Positions 50,111 to 59,836 of a stretch of 64,000 bases of DNA are shown piece by piece. Position 1 is the stretch's first letter. The number at the start of each line of letters is the position of its first letter. The DNA is from Marinobacter sp. (GTDB taxonomy: Bacteria > Pseudomonadota > Gammaproteobacteria > Pseudomonadales > Oleiphilaceae). The notes below the pieces were generated by a model. It saw only the letters and a program-made list of their open reading frames with translations. It was not told the origin of the DNA and did not search any database. The stretch lies in contig JAGYIS010000005.1 in the NCBI GenBank assembly GCA_018402255.1, forward strand, positions 286,153 to 350,152. The letters run 5' to 3'. The translations under genes were made by a program, and so were the position numbers.

Positions 50111-50266
50111 GGTGTTTTGCTCGTCGGTATGGGCAGCAAGGTATACCGCAACGTTATGGGGTATCATCGGTACACAGTTGTTATAAAAGATGTGAACTCC
50201 TGAGCCGTAAGGCGGTCTTTGCTAGACGTTGAGACCGGGAAAGAATGTGGATGGGACCAAATTGAT

Positions 50267-51276
50267 ATGTGGTTAAAATACTGTGCCGGCGCTCTGATGT
50301 GTTCGATGTTGGCCATGACATCGCATCTGATGGCTGCAGAAGATGACCGGGCTCCCCGGGTACCGACCTTTGAGCTCAGAGATGATATTGCGGGTGCATT
50401 ACAGGCGCACACCACCCGTTATGAAGACACCTTTGCCGGTCTCGGGAATGACCTTGCACTGGGCTACCTTGAGCTGGTGAAAGCCAATCCGGGCGTCGAC
50501 CCGTGGCTGCCAGGCGAAGGCAGCGTGATTACCTTGCCCAGAATGTACGTTTTGCCGGACGCTCGCCGTGAGGGCATCGTCATCAATCTTGCCGAGTACC
50601 GCCTGTACTATTACACAGAGGGCGGTGTTCAGGTATATCCGGTGGGCGTGGGTCGGGAAGAAAATCCGTCTCCGCTCACCGACGCAGAAGTCACCATGGC
50701 TCTGGAGTCCCCGGCCTGGTATCCACCGGCCAGCATTCGTGCTTCCTATGAAGCGTCTGGCGAATACCTGCCGAGGATGATTCCCCGGGTCCTGACAATC
50801 CTCTGGGTACCCATGCCTTGATGCTGAGTGAAAAGGGTTACCTGATCCACGGAACCAACAAACGCTTTGGTGTCGGGATGCCGGTCAGTGCTGGCTGCTT
50901 CCGCATGTACAACGACGACATCTCACGCTTTGCATACCAGGTAGCAAAGGGCACCTCTGTTCAGGTGGTTCGTGAGCCGGTCAAAATGGGCCTGTCCGGC
51001 GGTGAGGTCTGGCTCGAAGTGCACCGCCCCCACGAGGACTATTCAGCCCAGGATCGTGAACGGCTCTGGCAGGCGGTGCTGGAACGGCTCGAATCGTTCC
51101 GGCAGCAACACCCCGACGTGGAAGTGCAGCGGCAATCCATTGAACTGGCGGTGGATCAGGCCGATGGCATTCCGACCATGGTGGGTGAGCGTCTGACGAG
51201 AGTGGCGGCAGACAAAACCCGCGGTAGTGATGACCCTGAACAAACGGAAGAGCCGGAGCAAACGCTGTATTTTTGA
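50267..51276 (+). pseudogene. L,D-transpeptidase (YkuD domain, ErfK/YbiS-like), frame interrupted at the C-run 50783-50786
   Basis: It has a signal peptide (MWLKYCAGALMCSMLAMTSHLMA). With one extra C the junction reads IPPGPDNPLGTHALMLSEKGYLIHGTNKRFGVGMPVSAGCFRM, the canonical YkuD catalytic segment. The span length is 3n+2. Confidence 0.8.
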
Positions 51277-51361
51277 TCTTGGCCTCTCGGTTTGCTGAGC
51301 TTTGCTTGTTGAATTCTCACGCGATCGGATAACCCACAATAATCACAAGGCAGGAGTGCTC

Positions 51362-52114
51362 ATGAGCGGTACAATTCTGATTACTGGCGCCAGTTCGGGA
51401 CTGGGTGAAGGCATGGCGCGGGAATTTGCCGCCAAGGGTAATAATCTCGCCCTGTGTGCCCGTCGCACCGAACGGCTGGACCAGCTCAAATCTGAATTGC
51501 AAGCGCAGTACCCGGCTATCACCGTCAGTGTGCGTGCCCTGGATGTGAACGACCACTCGCAGATATCGGAGGTTTTCGAGGCGTTCCGGGACGAGTTTGG
51601 ACAACTGGACCGGATTATCGTCAATGCCGGTATCGGTAAAGGGCAACCGTTGGGCACCGGCCGCTTCGACGCCAATCGCCAGACAGCAGAAACCAACTTC
51701 GTCGCCGCGCTGGCTCAGATTGAGTCAGCGATGGAGATTTTCCGGGCACAGAACCATGGCCACCTGGTTGCCGTATCATCGGTTACAGCGGTCCGTGGAA
51801 TGCCAGGCAATGTGACGACTTACGCTGCAACCAAAGCCGGACTGGCAGCTCTGTGCGAGGGCTTGCGCGTTGAGCTTAAAAAACGTCGCTCCCCGATTCG
51901 TGTGACGACGCTCTATCCCGGCTATATTCGAACTGAGATCAACGAAAAAGTAAAAAACACGCCGTTTATTGTGGATACACAGACCGGTTGCCGCGCCATG
52001 GTGCGGGCAATCGAGTCGGGCAAGGCCGAGCGCTTTGTACCTGCCTGGCCGTGGACGCCCATTGGATTTGTACTGAGGCGCTTGCCGGAGTCGGTTCTGG
52101 CAAAACTGTTCTGA
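51362..52114 (+). CDS. SDR family oxidoreductase
   Basis: ITGASSGLGEGMA (TGxxxGxG), NAGIG and YAATKAG (YxxxK). Confidence 0.85.
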   Translation: MSGTILITGASSGLGEGMAREFAAKGNNLALCARRTERLDQLKSELQAQYPAITVSVRALDVNDHSQISEVFEAFRDEFGQLDRIIVNAGIGKGQPLGTGRFDANRQTAETNFVAALAQIESAMEIFRAQNHGHLVAVSSVTAVRGMPGNVTTYAATKAGLAALCEGLRVELKKRRSPIRVTTLYPGYIRTEINEKVKNTPFIVDTQTGCRAMVRAIESGKAERFVPAWPWTPIGFVLRRLPESVLAKLF

Positions 52115-52136
52115 TCATCCTGCCCGGGAGGTCGCT

Positions 52137-53606
52137 ATGAAGTCACATCCGCTCCACCGCCAGAGCCCGAATAACAGGGTGAATGTCTGGTCCCTGATCT
52201 TTCTCACCGGAGCTCTGTTGGGCCTGATTGGTCTTTCATGGCAAGTCATCGCGCAGCAGAACAACGCCCGTCAGGCGTTGGTATTGACCGTTGAAGGCGC
52301 TATCGGACCGGCCACCATGGATTACGTCACCCGCGGGATTCGGCGTGCCGAGCAGGAAAATGCCGGCCTGGTCATCCTGGAAATGGACACTCCGGGCGGG
52401 CTGATGGATTCCATGCGCGAGATCATCAAAACCATTCTCGCCTCCGAAGTGCCGGTGGCCACCTATGTGTCTCCTCAGGGGGCCAGAGCCGCCAGTGCCG
52501 GCACCTACATCCTATACGGCAGTCATATTGCCGCCATGGCCCCCGCGACCAATCTGGGTTCGGCGACGCCCGTCCAGATGGGCGGTATGCCGGGATCTCC
52601 GGAACCCGAGCAGGAGCGCCAACCCGACAGCGACGCTGAGACCCGGGACGAAGCGGTCGACAGTGAATCCTCAGAGCCAGAAAAACGCCGAGGCGGCACC
52701 GCCATGGAGCGCAAGGTTCTGGAGGATGCGGTCAGTTACATCCGTGGCCTGGCCGAACGCCATGGCCGGAACTCGGATTGGGCCGAAGAGGCTGTCCGGG
52801 AGGCGGTTAATCTGGGGGCTACCGAGGCGCTTGAACTCAACGTTATTGATGTGGTGGCGCCGGACTTAAGATCGTTGTTGGAGTCGATTCATGGCCGCAC
52901 CGTTTACATGGCCAGTGGGGAAGCGGTGCTGGATACCGCAGACCTGGAGCTGGTGCGCTCGGAGCCTGATTGGCGAACCCGGCTACTGTCTGTGATCACC
53001 GACCCGAACGTGGCCTACTTTCTGATGATCATCGGTTTCTACGGCATCATCTTCGAGCTGTCCAATCCGGGCGCCATCGTGCCGGGAGTGATCGGGGCAA
53101 TCAGCCTGATTCTGGCGCTGTTCGCTTTCCAGGTGTTGTCGGTTAATTACGCGGGTCTGGCCCTGATTCTTCTGGGGCTGGCATTCATTGTCGGGGAAGC
53201 CTTTGTGCCCAGCTTCGGTATTCTCGGGGTTGGCGGCATTGTGGCATTTGTGACGGGTTCCGTGATTCTGATGGATGGCAGTCATCGGGATATTTCCTTG
53301 CCGACCATTGGTGGCACCGCCGTCGTTGCCGGGGGGTTTATTCTCTGGACGGTTACCCGGTTTATTGGCCTGAGGCGAAAACCGCCGGTCAGCGGCAGTG
53401 AGCAGATGACGCATGAAGAAGGCCTGGCTCTGGACGACTTTGAATCAGCCTACGATGATTTTCGTGGCCATGTTCAGGTCAGTGGCGAACGCTGGAATGC
53501 CCGCAGCCAACAGGCGGTAACCAAAGGCAGCAAGGTTCGTATAACCAGCATGCAAGGCCTGACGTTAATGGTCGAAGCCAAATCAGACACAGGATCGCCC
53601 CACTGA
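52137..53606 (+). CDS. NfeD family membrane-bound ClpP-class serine protease
   Basis: An N-terminal ClpP-like domain (VILEMDTPGGLMDSM, ARAASAGTYILY), central TM helices and a C-terminal NfeD OB domain. It lies immediately upstream of an SPFH gene. Confidence 0.85.
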   Translation: MKSHPLHRQSPNNRVNVWSLIFLTGALLGLIGLSWQVIAQQNNARQALVLTVEGAIGPATMDYVTRGIRRAEQENAGLVILEMDTPGGLMDSMREIIKTILASEVPVATYVSPQGARAASAGTYILYGSHIAAMAPATNLGSATPVQMGGMPGSPEPEQERQPDSDAETRDEAVDSESSEPEKRRGGTAMERKVLEDAVSYIRGLAERHGRNSDWAEEAVREAVNLGATEALELNVIDVVAPDLRSLLESIHGRTVYMASGEAVLDTADLELVRSEPDWRTRLLSVITDPNVAYFLMIIGFYGIIFELSNPGAIVPGVIGAISLILALFAFQVLSVNYAGLALILLGLAFIVGEAFVPSFGILGVGGIVAFVTGSVILMDGSHRDISLPTIGGTAVVAGGFILWTVTRFIGLRRKPPVSGSEQMTHEEGLALDDFESAYDDFRGHVQVSGERWNARSQQAVTKGSKVRITSMQGLTLMVEAKSDTGSPH

Positions 53607-53648
53607 GCGATTCGTTCGGATTAACCAACGGCAAATCAAGGAGGCCGT

Positions 53649-54434
53649 ATGAACCTGGGCGACATTATTCCCTACATCGCACCGATTGTGGTGCTATTGC
53701 TGATCATCGGATCGGCGATCAAGATCCTGCCGGAATATGAACGTGGCGTGGTGTTTTTTCTTGGCCGGTTTCAGGGGGTCAAAGGCCCCGGTCTGATCAT
53801 CGTCATCCCTGGCATCCAGCAGATTGTGCGTGTGGATTTGCGGGTGATCACGCTGGATGTCCCCAGCCAGGACGTGATTTCCAAAGATAACGTCACGGTG
53901 CGGGTGAATGCAGTGTTGTATTTCCGGGTTGTCGATCCCGAAAAAGCGATCATTCGGGTAGAGGATTTTGGAGCGGCAACCAGTCAGCTGGCACAAACCA
54001 CCTTGCGCTCAGTGTTGGGCAAGCATGATCTCGATGAAATGCTGTCAGAACGTGACAAACTGAATTCCGATATTCAGGAAATCATCGATGCCCAGACAGA
54101 GGATTGGGGTATCAAAGTGGCCAACGTGGAAATCAAACATGTGGATCTCAATGAATCCATGATCCGTGCCATTGCCCGCCAGGCGGAGGCCGAGCGCGAA
54201 CGACGCGCCAAGGTTATCCATGCCGAGGGTGAATTGCAGGCCTCGAAAAAACTGGTGGAGGCGGCTGAAGTGATGTCGGCCAATTCCGGAGCCATGCAGT
54301 TACGGTATCTGCAAACACTGGCAGACATGAGCAACAGCAACAGCTCGACCATTGTGTTCCCGCTGCCGGTCGACATGATCAAATCCTTTATGGACGGTCA
54401 GGTGACCAGGAAGCCAGGCAAGCTTGATCCGTAA
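53649..54434 (+). CDS. SPFH/band 7 (stomatin-like, slipin) protein
   Basis: An N-terminal TM helix then [16 protein letters not shown]...TKDNV...[18 protein letters not shown], the stomatin signature. Confidence 0.9.
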   Translation: MNLGDIIPYIAPIVVLLLIIGSAIKILPEYERGVVFFLGRFQGVKGPGLIIVIPGIQQIVRVDLRVITLDVPSQDVISKDNVTVRVNAVLYFRVVDPEKAIIRVEDFGAATSQLAQTTLRSVLGKHDLDEMLSERDKLNSDIQEIIDAQTEDWGIKVANVEIKHVDLNESMIRAIARQAEAERERRAKVIHAEGELQASKKLVEAAEVMSANSGAMQLRYLQTLADMSNSNSSTIVFPLPVDMIKSFMDGQVTRKPGKLDP

Positions 54435-54454
54435 CGAGGACTTTTCATGCACGC

Positions 54455-54486
54455 ACAAAAAAGGCCGGTTGAACCGGCCTTTTTTG
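54455..54486. terminator. bidirectional intrinsic terminator between the SPFH gene and oprI
   Basis: AAAAAAGGCCGG-TTGAA-CCGGCCTTTTTT. Confidence 0.8.
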
Positions 54487-54500
54487 CTAAGCGTCAGCCC

Positions 54501-54782
54501 TTACTTCTGGCTGGAGCGCTCCAGCATGCGACGTGCACGCTCGTTAGCTTCGTCAGCGGACTTCTGAGCTGCACGAGCGGCAGCCAGTGCTTCTTCAGCA
54601 GTCTGCTGGGCAGTACGTGCAGAGCTGGCAGCGCTGTTAGCGGTGTTCAGAGCGTTGTTGGCGGTCTGTTCAGCGGAGCTTGCAGTTGCATTGGCTTCGT
54701 CGATAGCACCTTGCTCAGTTGTTGCACAACCAGCAGTCAGTACAGCTGCCATTGCAAACCCGGCGATCGTCAGTTTACGCAT
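54501..54782 (-). CDS. oprI: major outer membrane lipoprotein (OprI/Lpp-like alanine-zipper)
   Basis: MRKLTIAGFAMAAVLTAGC (lipobox) then an Ala/Gln-rich helix ending QKSADEANERARRMLERSSQK. This closely resembles the Pseudomonas OprI C-terminus with its terminal Lys. ATG 54782 follows AAGGGGA. Confidence 0.8.
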   Translation of the reverse strand: MRKLTIAGFAMAAVLTAGCATTEQGAIDEANATASSAEQTANNALNTANSAASSARTAQQTAEEALAAARAAQKSADEANERARRMLERSSQK

Positions 54783-55000
54783 TATCATTCCCCTTATTAG
54801 TCGTTTTATTTCCTGTGATCCGAAAGTCAGTATAGACGACTTCCTGTCAACTAGCCCGATAGGCATTGACTACCGGAGTCGTCAAACAGTGTAAAACACT
54901 CGGAGACATAATGTTAACTAAGGATACGTAAATTTTCTTAGCTTATGACAACAACTTAATGCTGCGGTCATGGACGCAGAACCACATCGCGTTGCGGTAA

Positions 55001-55555
55001 TCAGGGCAGAATGCGTATTGGCGTGCCGTCGTCGACCAGCGTCCAGATTTCTTCCATTTCTTCGTTGGTTACGGCGATACAGCCTTCGGTCCAGTCCAGG
55101 CCGGCAAAGGCAAAGGCAAGGTCGCCTGCGTCGTTGGGCAGGCCATGAATCATGATGCTACCGCCCGGATTCAGACCCCAGGCTTCCGCCAGTTCACGGT
55201 CTTGTGGGCTCGGGTAGGAAATATGAATCGATTTGTAGAAATCGCTGTTGGCGTTGCGCCAGTCCAGCAGGTAGTCGCCTTCAGGTGTGCGCTTGTCGCC
55301 TTCGTATAATTTATGGCCGACCGGGTTGTCGCCCAGAGAAATCCGGTAACTGCGCACTTTTTTATCGCCACTGAGCAGGTAGAGGCGGCGCTCACCCTTG
55401 CGAACCAACACCTGGGTGATCTCAAGGTGCTCTGCCAGTGTTGGCACGGAAGATGGCATGACCATGGTTGTGTCTGCCCGCGCCAAAAGCTCAGTGCTTT
55501 GGGCCAGGGTGGGCAGCAGGGTCAGCAAAAACAAGAAAAACAGTCTCAGAATCAT
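55001..55555 (-). CDS. YafK-like L,D-transpeptidase-fold protein
   Basis: A signal peptide, then RRLYLLSGDKKVRSYRISLG, GDKRTPEGDY and the catalytic segment IMIHG...WTEGCIAV. Confidence 0.8.
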   Translation of the reverse strand: MILRLFFLFLLTLLPTLAQSTELLARADTTMVMPSSVPTLAEHLEITQVLVRKGERRLYLLSGDKKVRSYRISLGDNPVGHKLYEGDKRTPEGDYLLDWRNANSDFYKSIHISYPSPQDRELAEAWGLNPGGSIMIHGLPNDAGDLAFAFAGLDWTEGCIAVTNEEMEEIWTLVDDGTPIRILP

Positions 55556-55677
55556 GATGCCAGCGCTTTCAATTCGGTGGTTAAATTTTGTTCATGGTCG
55601 TTATAACATAGCAGGCATGGGGAGTGATAAGGGGATTTGTTACGGTTGTGAGCTTTCTTGCATGAATCGGTAAAGCG

Positions 55678-57450
55678 TCACGAATCCATTTTAAGGCCAA
55701 CCTTGGTGACCCGGTCCGCTTCAGTGGCTCTGGCCACCAGGGTAACAGGTCCGAGTTTGACTGTATCACCAACCACCGGATGGCCTTTGGTGCGCTTGGC
55801 AAAACACTCTGCCAGGGACAGTTCAGGGGGGAGTTCGTCGAACTCGATGCCGTATACCTGCTCAACGTCACCGAGCAGCGCGTCACCGTTCAGCACAAAG
55901 TCCCCGAAGAAGGCGCGTTCCGCCAGGTGTTTGGGAGCCTGGCGTCCGCTCAACGCTTTGCCAAGGTCTGGTAGCACGGCGGGGGTGGCGAACATGGCGA
56001 GCATGTCGCCGGCGGACACCTCGAGATCCTTGGTGGGTTGCAGGCAGAGGCGGTTGCGAAATACCCCGGCCACGGCAGTGTTGTCGGGCAGTTTTAGCTG
56101 GCCGAGAGGCTTTGGGGTTTCCCAGCTTTTGCCCCTGAGGGGAAACAGCATCAGCTCATGATCACCGGCCGCCGGTGCATCCAGCGGCAGGCGGCGATAG
56201 GGGTCCTCACCGGCAGGGACTTCGAGGCGCAGTTTGCGGGCCAGCGGTGCCATGGTGGTGCCCTGCACCAGCAAGGAGACCAGCACGATAAAGAAGGCCG
56301 CGTGGAATACCAGCTGGGCATCGGGCAGGTCTGCCATGATCGGGAACAGCGCCAGAACAATGGGCACCGCTCCGCGCAGTCCGACCCAACTGATAAACCC
56401 CAGTTCCCGCCGGTTAAATCCGAATGGCCAGAGTGTAACCATAACGGTCAGCGGTCGAATCACGAAGATCAGCGCCAGAGCCAGAATAAGGCCGGCACCG
56501 GCCAACGGAATAAGATCCGACGGGCTCACCAGCAGGCCAAGCATCAGGAACAGACAAAGCTGCGCCAGCCAGGCCATGCCGTCGTGAACCTGCAGGATCA
56601 TCGGCATCATCCGGACGTGACGGTTGCCGATGATGACGCCGCAGAGGTAAATCGCCAGAAAGCCGCTACCACCGACAGCGTTGGTGGCGGAAAACACGGC
56701 AATGCCGGCAGCGCCGACCAGAATGGGATAAAGCGCCGGCGTTAGCCGCATCCGGTTGGCCAGCTCAACAGTGGCAAAGCCGCCCAGGATACCGGCCGCT
56801 GCGCCGATGCCAAATTGCTGAATCAACATCAGCAGTCCGGACCACAGTGAGCCCTGTTCCTGTTGACCGATCAGCGTGACCAGCATCAGGGTCAGGAAGA
56901 TCGCCATCGGGTCGTTACTGCCGGATTCAATCTCCAGAGTTGCACTGACCCGCTCGTTCAGGTGAAGCCCCCGGCCCTGCAGTAAGGAAAAAACCGCCGC
57001 TGCGTCAGTGGAAGAGATGATGGCACCGATCAAAAGTGCCATCATCCAGTGCAGATCAAACACCCACCAGGCCACGATGGCCGCGCCACCGGCGGTCAGC
57101 GCCACGCCCACCGTCGCCAGAACCAGAGCCGGGCGCAGACCCACCCGAAAGGTTTCTACCCGCGTGCGCATGCCGCCGTCGAGCAGGATAACCGCGAGGG
57201 AAAGGTTGGCGATCAGAAAGGCCAGCTCAAAATTGTCGAATTGGATGCCACCCGGACCGTCCTCACCCATCATCATACCGACGGCAAGAAAGATCAGCAG
57301 AACCGGCATGCCGATCCGGCTGGAGAGTGGGCTCAGAACAATGCTGAACACCAGCATCAGGGCGCCAATCAGGGTAAAGGTGGGATCCATCAGACTCCTG
57401 GCCAAGAGGACTTGCCCGGATACCGCCCCGGGCTTATATTGCTGTGGCAA
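55678..57450 (-). CDS. nhaP2: K+/H+ antiporter NhaP2/CvrA family with a C-terminal TrkA-C domain
   Basis: The 590-aa protein has a CPA1-type membrane domain (LLIFLAVGMMMGEDGPGGIQF...) followed by a soluble RCK_C-like C-terminus. Confidence 0.85.
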   Translation of the reverse strand: MPQQYKPGAVSGQVLLARSLMDPTFTLIGALMLVFSIVLSPLSSRIGMPVLLIFLAVGMMMGEDGPGGIQFDNFELAFLIANLSLAVILLDGGMRTRVETFRVGLRPALVLATVGVALTAGGAAIVAWWVFDLHWMMALLIGAIISSTDAAAVFSLLQGRGLHLNERVSATLEIESGSNDPMAIFLTLMLVTLIGQQEQGSLWSGLLMLIQQFGIGAAAGILGGFATVELANRMRLTPALYPILVGAAGIAVFSATNAVGGSGFLAIYLCGVIIGNRHVRMMPMILQVHDGMAWLAQLCLFLMLGLLVSPSDLIPLAGAGLILALALIFVIRPLTVMVTLWPFGFNRRELGFISWVGLRGAVPIVLALFPIMADLPDAQLVFHAAFFIVLVSLLVQGTTMAPLARKLRLEVPAGEDPYRRLPLDAPAAGDHELMLFPLRGKSWETPKPLGQLKLPDNTAVAGVFRNRLCLQPTKDLEVSAGDMLAMFATPAVLPDLGKALSGRQAPKHLAERAFFGDFVLNGDALLGDVEQVYGIEFDELPPELSLAECFAKRTKGHPVVGDTVKLGPVTLVARATEADRVTKVGLKMDS

Positions 57451-57461
57451 TCATTATGCAG

Positions 57462-57535
57462 GCGGGCGTAGCTCAATGGTAGAGCTTCAGGTTCCCAACC
57501 TGATGACGTGGGTTCGATTCCCATCGCCCGCTCCA
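57462..57535 (+). tRNA. tRNA-Gly (anticodon CCC), CCA encoded
   Basis: A manual cloverleaf was built. Acceptor GCGGGCG/CGCCCGC, D arm GCTC-AATGGTA-GAGC, anticodon arm TCAGG-TTCCCAA-CCTGA, T arm GTGGG-TTCGATT-CCCAT, then TCCA. Confidence 0.95.
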
Positions 57536-57558
57536 GCCTTGCAGATTGATGATATCTA

Positions 57559-58869
57559 TCAGTGCAGTTTCAGTCGTGGGTGCATGGCGCGGCTGATCTT
57601 GTCCATCAGCCAGATCACCCCGGTGCGCAAAAAGCCATGCAAGGCGACCTGGTGCATGCGGTACAGAGACACGTAAAACAACCGCGCAACCTTGCCTTCG
57701 ATGTACATGCTGCGACCAGACAAATTGCCCATCAGATTACCCACGGTAGTGTACCGGCTGAAGTTGATCAGCGATCCGTGATCGTTATAGACAAAGGCGA
57801 CTGGCCCTTTGTTTTCAAGGCGGTTGCACAGGGTTTTGAACAGAGCATCTGCCTGCTGGTGGGCGGCCTGGGCCCTCGGTGGTACCGGATGGTCAGAATC
57901 CGGTTGTGGGCAGGCTGCGCAGTCCCCGAAGGCAAACACGTTTTGATCCCGAGTGGTTTGGAGGGTCTGTTCCACCACCAACTGGTTGGTTCGGTTGGCT
58001 TCCAGGCCATCGAGGTCGGCAAGAAACGGCGGCGCCTTGATGCCCGCCGCCCAGATGGTCATTTCTGAGGGCAGTTCGGTGCCGTCTTTCATCACCAGGC
58101 TGTTCTGGCGTACCTCGCTCACCGGTTGGCCGGTGAGTACGTTGACTTTTTGTCGTTCCAGTTCGCGGGTGGCCGCGGCTGAGAGCCGGCCAGGTAACGC
58201 CGGCAGTATTCGATCGGCGGCTTCAATCACACTGATGGAGACATCCGACGCCTGCAAGTGGTTCATGCCGTACACCGGCAACTCCCGCGACGCCAGCCGT
58301 AACTCAGCGGCCAGCTCTACACCGGTGGCGCCAGCGCCGATGATGTTGATGTTCAGGGTGTGGGCCTGGCCCTGATGCGCTTCATGGTTTTTACGGAGAA
58401 AGGCATTGAGCATCAGGTTATGAAAGCGTCTGGCTTGCCGGAGGCTGTCCAGAAACAGGCAGTGTTCCTGGGCGCCAGGGGTTCCAAAGTCATTCGCGGT
58501 ACTGCCGACGGCAATCACCAGAGTGTCGTACTGGAGGCGCCGTTCGGGAACCACTTCCTGGCCTTCCTCGTCGAGGAACGGCGCAATTACGATTTCCTTT
58601 GCACTGCGATCAAGGTCGCTCATGCGCCCGAGCTGAAATTCGTAATGGTGCTTGCGGGCGTGGGCGCGGTAGTTGATTTCGTTGGCGCTGGCATCCAGAG
58701 AGCCGGAGGCGACTTCGTGCAGAAGCGGTTTCCAGACGTGGGTCAGGCCGGCGTCGACCAGGGAGATGCGAGCCTTGTTTTTCTTGCCGAGTTTGTTGCC
58801 CAGGCTGGTGACCAGCTCCAGACCGCCGGCACCGCCGCCGACAACCACAATATGATGCAGGTTTTCCAT
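57559..58869 (-). CDS. ndh: type II NADH dehydrogenase (NDH-2)
   Basis: HHIVVVGGGAGGLEL (first GxGxxG) and INIIGAGATGVELAAEL (second dinucleotide fold). The length and C-terminal membrane-association segment are typical of Ndh. Confidence 0.9.
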   Translation of the reverse strand: MENLHHIVVVGGGAGGLELVTSLGNKLGKKNKARISLVDAGLTHVWKPLLHEVASGSLDASANEINYRAHARKHHYEFQLGRMSDLDRSAKEIVIAPFLDEEGQEVVPERRLQYDTLVIAVGSTANDFGTPGAQEHCLFLDSLRQARRFHNLMLNAFLRKNHEAHQGQAHTLNINIIGAGATGVELAAELRLASRELPVYGMNHLQASDVSISVIEAADRILPALPGRLSAAATRELERQKVNVLTGQPVSEVRQNSLVMKDGTELPSEMTIWAAGIKAPPFLADLDGLEANRTNQLVVEQTLQTTRDQNVFAFGDCAACPQPDSDHPVPPRAQAAHQQADALFKTLCNRLENKGPVAFVYNDHGSLINFSRYTTVGNLMGNLSGRSMYIEGKVARLFYVSLYRMHQVALHGFLRTGVIWLMDKISRAMHPRLKLH

Positions 58870-58884
58870 AACAGTCAGCCCCGT

Positions 58885-58928
58885 AACAAAAGAAGAGAGC
58901 CAAGCGTTCTCGTATAAAAACGCTTGGC
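58885..58928 (-). terminator. intrinsic terminator downstream of the TetR gene (minus strand)
   Basis: A 10-bp perfect stem GCCAAGCGTT/AACGCTTGGC (58899-58908 with 58919-58928), followed on the minus strand by the T-rich TCTCTTCTTTTGTT. Confidence 0.55.
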
Positions 58929-59057
58929 TGTCCTCTCTGGGCAGTCGATCTGATAGGTAGGCTGCTAACGCAGTCTTATACTAACGTCGCAGGCGGGCGA
59001 TGACAATTGGACAGAAGTCCTGCCTGACGCAAGATGGGGCGCTGTCGAGACGACACG

Positions 59058-59657
59058 TTAGTGCGTCGCCCGGTAGTGATTGAGCACGTCTGCCATGTCG
59101 TCGGCCAGACAGGCCAGTTGCGTCTCGGTCAGCTTCCGTTCGGCAATCGACCGCAACCCCATAATCTGGGCTTGAACCAGTCGTGCCAGTCGTGAGCAGT
59201 CCACCCCGGCGGCCAGCTCGCCATGGGCTTTTGCCTGTTCCAGCAGACCGGTTAACGTTTGTTCGATGGCATGTAACAACCCATCGGCCTGACTGGCAAG
59301 GTCACCGTGGGTGTTGCTGGTTTCCAGCAGGGTTTTCACAATCATACAGGCCCGGGATGGACAGGCTGACAGACCGTTGCGGACGATACTCCGCAGATAG
59401 TCCTGGAGGCCTTCGATGATGGTGCCATACTGCGCCATATGCCGTGTGAGCTCGACGCCACCGAGGCGGGCATAGTTGGCCAGCGCTTCGTTATAGAGCC
59501 CGTCTTTACTGCCGAACGCGGCGTAAATGCTGCCTGGGCGCATATCCAGAGCCTGCTCGATCTGCTTCATGGAGCTGCCGTGGTAGCCTTTTTCCCAGAA
59601 CAGGCTGACGGCTTTGCTCAAGGCAGTGTCGCGGTCGTATTGGGGGTGTCTGGCCAT
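59058..59657 (-). CDS. TetR family transcriptional regulator
   Basis: An N-terminal HTH (FWEKGYHGSSMKQIEQALDMRPGSIYAAFGSKDGLY). Confidence 0.85.
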   Translation of the reverse strand: MARHPQYDRDTALSKAVSLFWEKGYHGSSMKQIEQALDMRPGSIYAAFGSKDGLYNEALANYARLGGVELTRHMAQYGTIIEGLQDYLRSIVRNGLSACPSRACMIVKTLLETSNTHGDLASQADGLLHAIEQTLTGLLEQAKAHGELAAGVDCSRLARLVQAQIMGLRSIAERKLTETQLACLADDMADVLNHYRATH

Positions 59658-59679
59658 AGCAATATCTCGAGAACAGCAA

Positions 59680-59699
59680 AATTGAAGAACCGTTCAATT
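59680..59699. promoter_or_regulatory. perfect inverted repeat AATTGAA-N6-TTCAATT, candidate TetR operator
   Basis: It lies 23 nt upstream of the TetR start in the TetR/PEBP divergent region. A TATAAT hexamer at 59781-59786 faces the PEBP gene. Confidence 0.4.
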
Positions 59700-59836
59700 A
59701 TAACCGCATTCGAACCTGCTTTTGCTAATCTGGACAAATACGTAAGGTCGTTGGTAAAACCATCGCCATAGCCGGCCCCGTATAATCCCGGCATTGAATG
59801 CGTTAACTCAAACAAGACTCTACAGGAGAGTGTGCC

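Noticed and set aside
57462-57535. tRNA-Gly(CCC) as an integration site for a genomic island.
   Set aside because: There is no integrase, and I saw no direct repeat of the tRNA 3' end downstream. Both flanks are core genes (nhaP2, ndh).
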